Below are positions 1 through 8,460 of a stretch of DNA of 29,609 nucleotides, piece after piece (the first letter of the stretch is position 1; each line of letters starts with the position of its first letter). Under the pieces are notes generated by a model. The model searched no databases. It saw only the letters and a program-made list of their open reading frames with translations, and had not been told where the DNA came from. A program made the position numbers and the translations under genes. This stretch comes from Macrostomum lignano (taxonomy: Eukaryota), in NCBI GenBank assembly GCA_002269645.1, contig NIVC01003440.1, positions 1-29,609 of the forward strand, in the 5' to 3' direction.

Positions 1-815
1 ATGTGTTATGACAGTGTGCTCTTTGCTTAGTTGCTGCACCGGGCCAGTGGGCCGTCTCTCCCCCTCCCCCCCTCCTTAGATATTTTCTGACTCACTCACC
101 TGCACTTCTGCGCGTGCGTACCCTCCCCTCCCTGCCTAGACCTTTTCTGTTGAGTCAACCCCCCATGCTCTGCGTGCGACCCCCCCCTGTGCGACCCCCC
201 CATTATTTTGTTAGCTTTGCTGCCCCGCCCCTGTTTGTGATTGGCTGCCAGTCCAGTCTGCCGTGCTGCGCCCCGGCGATTGGCTGGTACAGCTCATGCG
301 TTGCCTTGGCTGATGTCTAAGCCCCCTTTTCTGCCTTTATCCCGCGCCTCGCCCCACCCCAGTTTGCTGCCTATTTATTCGGCCCCCTTGAGACCCCATT
401 CTCGTCGTCTTCGTGGCTCCTCGGCGATTGTGCCAGCGTTGGTTGCTGAATTGCTATTCCTCGCAGAATTGCTAGACAAATATATAAGTAAAGAATATCG
501 AGATCACCACTGCTCTGACGGCGCTGTTTCTTGTACGACTGAAATCGCGGCTGGTAAGCCTTCCAATTTGTACGTCATTTGGGTCTGCATCTGTACTAGG
601 CACCTTAGAGGGATTAAGTGCGTCGTACGCCGGTCCCACCCCAAGCAGCTCTGCGTCGTACGCGAGTCTGTAGGCTGTCGTGCGTCGTACGCTCGAGCAG
701 CCTAGTCCCGACGGACACCGCGTCGTACGCGTGTCAGTGGAGGACCGCAGCCAGGGTCAGTACACGAACCGGGGTCTGGGAAAGGGGCACGAAAGGACCG
801 AGCCCCATCATCACA
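1..815 (+). repeat. 5' LTR (truncated at left by window)
   Basis: Window position 1 aligns with 7621. Ends in TCATCACA (808-815), a 7/8 inverted match to the LTR start TGTCATGA seen at 7613. Differs from the 3' LTR mainly by homopolymer indels plus a few substitutions (e.g. G488/A8111, T527/G8150, T569/C8192). Confidence 0.96.
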
Positions 816-818
816 AAT

Positions 819-836
819 TGGCATCCTTGGTGGGAC
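819..836 (+). promoter_or_regulatory. Primer-binding site TGGCATCCTTGGTGGGAC
   Basis: Starts with TGG 3 nt after the LTR end. Its reverse complement GUCCCACCAAGGAUG-CCA has the shape of a tRNA 3' end (T-stem half, acceptor half, G discriminator, CCA). The cognate tRNA is uncertain; it resembles Arg(UCU)/Asn-type ends from memory. Confidence 0.8.
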
Positions 837-923
837 CCTGCGCTGTGGAAGACTAAGCAAGGAAGAAAGCTCGAGGCGCGGAATATTGTGAGAAATTAAG
901 GTTAGAAACTGTGACGCCGTGGT

Positions 924-1975
924 ATGGATGCTGGAGGTGCTGCTGGAGGTGCTGCTGGAGGTGCGGCTGGGGGTGCGGCTGGAGGTGCTGCTGGAGGTGC
1001 TGCTGGAGCCTTTGGTGTTAATGATCTGGTCGCCGCCTTGACTGCCCAGATTCAGCAGAACATGCAGCAAGCGGGTGCCTCAGGATTCAGAGGCCGGTGA
1101 AGTATGCTCCAGGAATGAATTTCGTGAAGTGGTTGAGGCTCTTCGTAGCTTATTGCGATGCCATGCAGATTCCGATGCAGAATCGGCGCGCTCAGTTGCT
1201 CAGCAATCTAGACTTCAGCACATTCCAAGTTGTCGACAACATGAACCTTGGACGACTTGCAGTTCGAAGAATTTACCCAGGCCTTGAGGGATAGGTTCAC
1301 TATGCACCGTACCGTCGTCGACTACCGCACAGAACTGAGCAATAGAGAGCAGAGCGAGAAGGAGTCGGTAGAAGATTTCTCTGAAGCTGTGATTGAGTTG
1401 GTCGCAAACGCCTTTCCTGATGCGCCTGCCGATGTGCGCGATGATCTTGCGAAAGAGCGATTTATGCGAGGCGTCCGTGCGGGGGTGGCTGTGCGGGAGC
1501 GATTGTACATGAGCCAGCCGGAGACCTTAGCAGACGCGATGCGTCTAGTGCATCAGCTGGAAGCGGCGGTTAGGGCAAGTCACGGTCCACAGGTCAGGGA
1601 TCAAAAAGAGCTACCGTCTGTGCTGTCACAGCTGAGACTAGAAATGAGGCTTCCGAAAGCAGTGAGGTCGAGATGCTTCGAAAACAGCTTGCGGCCATGG
1701 AGATGCGAATGAAAGAGATGGAGGAGCGGAGGTCTGGAGAAGCGGAAGAGCCGACCCCGGCGAGTCGGAAGGCTGTGCAGTGTTTTTCGTGTCGAGAGTG
1801 GGGCCATATCTCATCAAAGTGTCCCAAGAAAACCAGCCAGACAAGTGGAAACGGGAAATCGCCAGTACGATGTCACAAGTGCAACGGTGAAGGCCACCTA
1901 TCCTTCAAGTGTCCGAAGTCGGGAAACGGGCCGAGGGGACCGACCGGGGAGAGTCGGGACCCTGCCAGGAAGTGA
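924..1975 (+). CDS. gag: Gag (frameshifted at ~1090, ~1247, ~1598)
   Basis: ATG 924 opens MDAGGAAGG...; continues through track ORFs 1097-1294 and 1248-1712 (capsid-like 'YRTELSNREQSEKESVEDF...ERFMRG') and 1673-1975, which has two CX2CX4HX4C knuckles (CFSCREWGHISSKC, CHKCNGEGHLSFKC). Confidence 0.9.
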
Positions 1976-4900
1976 AGTCTCCCAGGGCGAGGAACCGGTG
2001 TTGCTCACTAACTCTGTAAATAAATCCAAGTGCGTCTCTGGTGATGGGAATTCAAAGAGCAACCTGGTTCATGAGGCGTGTTCGTCGGTATCAACGGAGC
2101 CTCTGACAGTTTTTATTTCCGGTGCGGTTTCCGGCAAGCCAGTGGCTCTGCTGTTAGACAGTGGTGCGAGTGTGTCAGTGCTGAGCTGTGATGTTTTCCT
2201 GAGGCTGCCGCAAGAGGTGAGGGAGAGACTGACTGCAATGGACGGTTCCCTTTCAACGGCCAATGGAGGTGCGATGAGGATGAGAGGCTGCATTGTGCTG
2301 GACGTGGAGATTGGCGGCGAGCGGTGGTCAGCGAATTTCTTCGTAGTGGACGGATTGCGTTATGATGTCATTCTCGGGTCCGAATTTTTCAAACAGCATC
2401 GTTGCGTCATCAACTATTCGGAGTTTGTCTTTCGAGTGGGCGATGTTAGAGTTCCGATACGGCAGAAAGGCGAGCTGCCCGTGGTGTGTCGAATCAAAGC
2501 CGAGACAACGGTATTTCTGGAACCGGCGCAAGAAGTGGTCATGCCAGCCAGGGTAGAGAAAAAGGGCGCAAGAAACTGCGGATCGGTCGGCATAACGGAA
2601 GAAAAGCCGGTGAAGGCCGCTGAGAAGGATTTGGCGATGGCTCGAGCTCTGGTAGCGCCCGGTGTGGATGGACGGCTGCCGATGAGATTGCTGAATACGT
2701 CCAGTTGTAGGAAGAGGGTCAAGAAAGGAGAGACGATTGGCTGGTTTATTCCTTTGGAACCGAACGGAGGTATCAACGTGGTGCGCTTGGACGACGACGT
2801 AGAGGCCAAGAATGAAGCGGAGGCATGGGACCCGATCGAAGAATTCCGCGAGTGGGGTTCATGTGGCCTGTCGGAGGAGGAGGAAGCCGACTTCAGGGAG
2901 CTGATTTCCCAACATCGGGCTGTCTTTGCTAAGGACTCCAAGGATCTCGGCTGTACGACGGTGATGAAGCACGAGATCGACACTGGAGATGCCAGGCCTG
3001 TGAAAGAAGCGGCGAGGCGGATTCCCCGTACCTGCGGCAGGAAGTGGACAAGGAGTTGGATGACTTGCTGGAAGCTGGGAGAATCAGCGAGGTTCAGTCC
3101 CCATGGTGCTCTCCGGTGGTGTGCGTGAAAAAGAAGGACGGTTCCCTGAGGTTCTGTTGTGACTACCGGAAACTGAATGAAGTGACCAAGAAGGATGCAG
3201 TGCCGTTGCCCAGGACAGATGACCTGTTGGAGAGCCTAGGCGGTGCCAAGATTTTTTCGACCATGGACATGCAGTCGGGATACTGGCAGATGGCGGTGGA
3301 ACCCAGCGACAGACTGAAGACGGCCTTTGGCGTTTCACACCGGGTACAGCAGTACGCCTGGAACGTTATGCCATTTGGATTGACAAATGCACCGGCTTCA
3401 TTCAGCCGGCTAATGAATGTGGTGTTGGGGAAGTTGTGCTGGAAGACGTGTTTGGTGTATCTGGACGACCTGCTAGTGTGGTCACGAACGGTAGAAGAGC
3501 ACCTGGAACGGTTGCAAACGGTTTTTCGACGGTTGCGAGCAGCGAACATCAAACTGAAGCCGAAGAAGTGCGCATTCCTGCTGAAGTCAGTGACCTTCCT
3601 GGGACACGTAGTGTCAGCTGATGGGATCGCCACGAGTCCAGAAAAGATTGCCGAAATTCGTGACTGGCCAACTCCGAGAATGTGAAGGAAGTAAGGTCAT
3701 TCCTGGGACTGTGCGGGTATTACCGGCAATTCATCGCAGATTTTTCCCGCATTGCTGAGCCGATGCTGCGACGGACCCGACATGATTGCCCGTGGAGCTG
3801 GGATGAGGAGTGTCAAGCCGCATTCGAGGCCCTGAAGGAAAGGTTGCAGGGATCTGAGGTCATGGCGTTTCCAAACTTTGCGGAGGACGCTGGAGAATTC
3901 GTTTTAGACACAGACGGTAGCACAAAAGAAGAATTGGCGCTGTGCTTTCGCAGGTGCAGAAAGATGGGAGTGAGAAGGTAATAGCTTACGGAAGCAGGAC
4001 GTTGTCGCGAGAAGAACGGAATTACTGCACGACACGAGTCGAGTTGCTGGCCGTGGTGTTTTTCGTACAGAAGTTTCGTTATTACCTGATGGGGCGAGAG
4101 TTTCTAGTGCGCACCGATCACAGCAGCTTGAAGTGGCTGCATTCGCTGCGGGACGTAGAAGGACAACTGGCCAGATGGCTGGAACTCTTGGCTCCGTACA
4201 GGTATCGCATCGAACATCGTCCGGGAGTGAAACATCAACACGCGGACGCTCTCTCCAGGAAGCCACGTCGGCGCCATCAAGGAAGCGAGAGTTGTCCTGG
4301 ATGTGCACAAGAGCAGATCGGCGTGAACGCGTTGGGATTGCAGAAGTGGACCTCGGAGGAGATCAGAGAGAGCCAGAAGATGGACAGCGACATTCGTCAG
4401 GCGATGGAGCTGCTGGCTCACAGCGACGGAGAGATAACCGAAGAGCATTTGCGGCGCATATCACCGACGGCAAGGAGGATTATCGAAAGACGTCGTGACC
4501 TTGAGGTGTCGGACAGTGAGGTGTTGCTGTGTCATACGGCCAGTAGACGTCAGCCGCAAGTGGTGTTGCCACGGAATATGCTGAGAGCAGTGCTGGAAGA
4601 AGCTCATGGTGGACGGAGTGGAGGGCACGTTGGGATTTTCAAGACCAAGGAGAAGGTGCGGCAATCGTTTTGGTGGCCGGGACTTGGCCGCGAGGTCGAA
4701 GAGCACGTAAAAGCCTGTTTGGACTGCACCAAGGCCAAAGCTGGCAAGAAACCAATTGCACCGATGGAGCCGATTCCGAGTTCAAGCCCATTCGATATCG
4801 TGATGACGGACGTCATCGGGCCGCTGCCACGGAGCAAGAAAGGAAACTTCTACATCCTCACGGTGCAAGATGCGTTCTCAAAGTGGCCTGACGCTTATGC

Positions 4901-6111
4901 CATCCGGAACCAGAAGTCGGCAACGATCGCAAGGGTGCTATTCGAACGCTGGATTGCCAATCACGGGTGCCCCCGGGTACTTCACTCAGACCAAGGAAGG
5001 AACTTTGAGTCGGGGATCGTCAGGAAGCTGTGCGAGCTGTTGGGTGTGAAGAAGACCAGGACGAGCGCCTACCACCCGAGTGGCAACGGACAGGCGGAAC
5101 GATTTAACGGGTTCCTGAAGAACAGTTTGCGCACGTATCTGGTACAGAAGGGTCAGAACGCCTGGGAGGAGTACCTGCCAAGTGCCTTGATGGCTTATCG
5201 ATCGACGGTCCAGGCGTCCACCGGTTACACGCCCTACTACATGCTGCATGGTCAGGAGATGCCGCTGGGATTCGAACCAGAGGACCTTAGGCGAAAGACG
5301 GACAGCTATCCCTTGTTTGTGCAAGAGATCAGCAGAACCTGCTTCATGCCCATGAACGCATTCGAGAAGGACGCGAGACGGTTCAGCGACGGCAGAAAAT
5401 GAATTACGATCGGAAAGTAAAGGGCAAAGCGATTCAGAAGGGCGACTCTGTCTTGCTGTACTATCCGTGCTTGAAGATGGGAGAGAAAAGCAAGTTCCAT
5501 ATCAACTGGCGCGGCCCAGTGAAGGTCCTGGAGAAGCTGTCAGATGCGTTGTACGAGTGCAGGATCCGACACAGCCGCAGAAGACCAAGGTGGTGCACTT
5601 CAACAATCTCCGGCCGGTTCAGGGCCAGACGGAGGCGGCAGACGGTCAAGAGACTAGAGAGGAAATTGGGAGGGCCAGTTCGGGAAAAACCAGGCCGCGA
5701 CGTGATAATTCCACTGCTGGACGAAGCCGAAGGCAGAGAGTGCAACGGGGCGAGACCCAGAGGTGGACCGCAGCGCGAGGGCCGCAGGACCAGGAATCCG
5801 AGCAGGAAGATGAAGAGTTTGAAGATCTTCAGCTGCGGTTTCAAGATCCAAGAGATCACGCTCCACCGGACACCCGAAATCTGGCCGAAGACTGTGAGCC
5901 CGGACCTGAGCGTCGAGAAGCAGACGATGACGAAGAAGAGCACGACGATGAGTCGCGGTACGACGAGGAGCAGGACGAAGAGGATGAGGCAGAGCCGAAC
6001 GACGCCAACGTACCCGAGCAGGAAGTGAGGACGGCACAGGAGGAAGCAGGGCGACCAAGACGTCTGCGGCGACCGCCAGATCGGTTTGGGGTCCCGGTGT
6101 ACTACTACTGA
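1921..6111 (+). CDS. pol: Pol polyprotein PR-RT-RH-IN (frameshifted at ~3030, ~3680, ~3935, ~5340, ~5550)
   Basis: Protease LLDSGAS (Asp codon 2157); RT WCSPVVCVKKKDGSLRFCCDYRKLN and YLDD (3458-3469); RNase H FVLDTDGS/ELLAV/TDHSSL; integrase H-H-C-C (EAH..GHVG..CLDC), D(MTDVIG)-D(SDQG)-E(AERFN), GPY/F-like module (NWRGPVKV...KVVHFNNLRP); acidic tail ending RRPPDRFGVPVYYY*. The start is set at the putative slippery site. Confidence 0.95.
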
Positions 6112-6210
6112 AGAAGGGTCCGGTGTACGGCGCTTGGATAGCCAAAGGGGAAGGGAGGTACATGTCGTGCGTGTCTCATTGCTCATCGGAGTTAGGCCGG
6201 ACTGTTACAG

Positions 6211-7197
6211 ATGGCGGACCTCTACGAGTGTCTTGGAGTGCAGCTGTGGGCGTCTGCGGCACAGATTCGGAAAGCGTTCTACGGTCGAGCACGCGAACTG
6301 CACCCTGACAAGAGCGCAACAGAGGAGACGCGAAAGAGATTCCAGGAGTGCGAAGAGGCGTACCGAATACTGTCGTGTCCGTTCCTTAGAAAGCTGTACG
6401 ATATCTTTGGAAATGCTGTTCGTGACCGGGATGAGATGCTTCGGCTCGCAGAAGGGATGTTAGAGGATGAAGACATGCCCGACGATCTCCGAGAAGAGAT
6501 AGAAAGACTACAAGAGAGCAACCGATTAGCTGAGGAGGCGTACGAGAGAGAACAGGCGAGGAGGGATGAGGAGCACGTCAAGATGGAGGCAAGTGAGGAG
6601 GCCTCAGACGATGAGCAGGACGAAGAGATGAACGAGGCGAGTGAGACACTGCCGGAGGAGTACGAGGTCGAGAAGGTCTTAGGAGTACGAGTCACGGAGC
6701 GAGGAGCGGAGTATCTGCTGCAGTGGGCCGGTGTAGAGGAGCTTGAGACGTCATGGGAAGCGGAGGAAGATTGTGCCGGATGTAGAAACCTGATTGAAGA
6801 ATATCTGCAGAGAGCGTACCGGCTTCAGACAAGACCGTGCCGACCAGTGACCGTCGCGGAACTGGAGAACGTAGGACCCAGTCGGAAGAAACTGCACCAG
6901 GCAATGCGGAAGGGCGACCCGTGGGGCATCTTTGAGGTGCTGCTAGCCCTGAAGGGGAAGTGCGCCACTGCCTCGGTGGATTTCAAGGAATTCGGTCCGG
7001 AGTTGATGCTGCAGATCCTGGGCTACTTGGAGCGAGACGGTCGCAAGTATCCGGGGCACGGAGTTCGTCGGTGGAGTCGCCAAGCGTGTCAAGCTGTCTA
7101 CATGTCGGTGATGGTGATGTTCCCGCTGTTTGACCTGCGACGCCAGGGTTTGGTCCTGGGTGCCCTCCGTAGGCTGTGGGATTCGTGCTCTGACTGA
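6211..7197 (+). CDS. Retrotransposon ORF3: J-domain (DnaJ/Hsp40-type) + acidic linker + chromodomain + unknown C-terminal domain, 328 aa
   Basis: aa 2-67 DLYECLGV...IRKAFYGRARELHPDK...FQECEEAYRILS...RKLYD matches the J-domain pattern, with HPD at 6301-6309. EYEVEKVL...EYLLQWAG...TSWEAEEDC...LIEEY (~6658-6810) matches the chromodomain pattern. The frame is uninterrupted and lies between the pol stop and the PPT. Confidence 0.93.
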   Translation: MADLYECLGVQLWASAAQIRKAFYGRARELHPDKSATEETRKRFQECEEAYRILSCPFLRKLYDIFGNAVRDRDEMLRLAEGMLEDEDMPDDLREEIERLQESNRLAEEAYEREQARRDEEHVKMEASEEASDDEQDEEMNEASETLPEEYEVEKVLGVRVTERGAEYLLQWAGVEELETSWEAEEDCAGCRNLIEEYLQRAYRLQTRPCRPVTVAELENVGPSRKKLHQAMRKGDPWGIFEVLLALKGKCATASVDFKEFGPELMLQILGYLERDGRKYPGHGVRRWSRQACQAVYMSVMVMFPLFDLRRQGLVLGALRRLWDSCSD

Positions 7198-7600
7198 GGC
7201 TATGTCTTCCTAGGGACTTTGGGGCTAGGGACTTTGCAGTGCAGACCCAGGGACAGCGGAGCGGAGGTGGACCGGCCTTAACGGGTGCTGACGGAGCGAC
7301 ACGGCTGTGCAGCAACCGCAGGACTCGACGACCAGCGCAGAGCGACCAGAGCAACCGGCGACAGTAGCGACAGGGAGACGAGGCACCAGAGCGACGGCCG
7401 TACTCGGCGGGATGCAGGGAAGCAGTGCTAGTATTACTTGTGAGGGTAAATGTTTGACGGTTTCATTTTTTTGTTTTTTGTTCGAACTAGTTGCCATGCG
7501 AGTCCAAAATATTTTCAAATGCGGTTTGTTCCTCTGTTCAATTTTTTTGTTATAGTAGCATCATTTCAATATTCGACTTTTCGAACTCGAACTTTTGTCT

Positions 7601-7612
7601 AGGGGGAGGGAG
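7601..7612 (+). promoter_or_regulatory. Polypurine tract AGGGGGAGGGAG
   Basis: Purine-only 12-mer immediately 5' of the TGT start of the 3' LTR. Confidence 0.9.
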
Positions 7613-8438
7613 TGTCATGAATGTGTTATGACAGTGTGCTCTTTGCTTAGTTGCTGCACCGGGCCAGTGGGCCGTCCTCTCCCCCTCCCCCCTCCTTAGA
7701 TATTTTCTGACTCACTCACCTGCACTTCTGCGCGTGCGTACCCCTCCCCTCCCTGCCTAGACCTTTTCTGTTGAGTCAACCCCCCCATGCTCTGCGTGCG
7801 ACCCCCCCCCTGTGCGACCCCGCCCCATTATTTTGTTAGCTTTGCTGCCCCGCCCCTGTTTGTGATTGGCTGCCAGTCCCAGTCTGCCGTGCTGCGCCCC
7901 GGCGATTGGCTGGTACAGCTCATGCGTTGCCTTGGCTGATGTCTAAGCCCCCTTTTCTGCCTTTATCCCGCGCCCTCAACCCCCAGTTTGCTGCCTATTT
8001 ATTCGGCCCCTTGAGACCCCATTCTCGTCGTCTTCGTGGCTCCTCGGCGATTGTGCCAGCGTTGGTTGCTGAATTGCTATTCCTCGCAGAATTGCTAGAC
8101 AAATATATAAATAAAGAATATCGAGATCACCACTGCTCTGACGGCGCTGGTTCTTGTACGACTGAAATCGCGGCTGGTAAGCCTTCCAATTCGTACGTCA
8201 TTTGGGTCTGCATCTGTACTAGGCACCTTAGAGGGATTAAGTGCGTCGTACGCCGGTCCCACCCCAAGCAGCTCTGCGTCGTACGCGAGTCTGTAGGCTG
8301 TCGTGCGTCGTACGCTCGAGCAGCCTAGTCCCGACGGACACCGCGTCGTACGCGTGTCAGTGGAGGACCGCAGCCAGGGTCAGTACACGAACCCGGGTCT
8401 GGGAAAGGGGCACGAAAGGACCGAGCCCCATCATCACA
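7613..8438 (+). repeat. 3' LTR, 826 bp
   Basis: TGTCATGA...TCATCACA termini; near-identical to 1-815; contains TATATAA and an overlapping AATAAA (8110-8115). Confidence 0.97.
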
Positions 8439-8460
8439 ACTTTTTTATTCAGCTGTACAG

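Larger units (their letters stand above)
1..8438 (+). mobile_element. Ty3/Gypsy LTR retrotransposon (5' LTR clipped by ~8 nt at window edge) carrying an extra J-domain/chromodomain ORF
   Basis: Direct repeats 1-815 and 7613-8438; PBS after the 5' LTR; PPT before the 3' LTR; gag, then pol with the Gypsy domain order protease-RT-RNaseH-integrase. The TSD cannot be checked because the left flank is outside the window. Confidence 0.97.

Noticed and set aside
241-705. 154-aa ORF inside the 5' LTR (and 7906-8328 in the 3' LTR)
   Set aside because: No recognisable domain; the N-terminal frame differs between the two LTRs; presence in both is trivial given LTR identity.
6109-6213. Stop-codon read-through fusing integrase to ORF3 (same frame)
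   Set aside because: Three in-frame stops (TGA 6109, TAG 6139 and a further TAG) lie in the 99-nt spacer, and pol ends with a typical terminal RRPPDRF motif. Only a corrected sequence could revive this idea.
702-6695. Antisense ORFs across the retrotransposon (e.g. 5461-6186, 2414-2983, 6279-6695)
   Set aside because: Ser/Leu/Phe-rich shadows of purine-rich sense codons; no independent domain signal.
6211-7197. ORF3 as an env gene, or as a T-antigen-like protein with an LxCxE Rb-binding motif
   Set aside because: No signal peptide, furin site plus fusion peptide, or transmembrane anchor; no LxCxE (nearest are FQECE and LSCPF).
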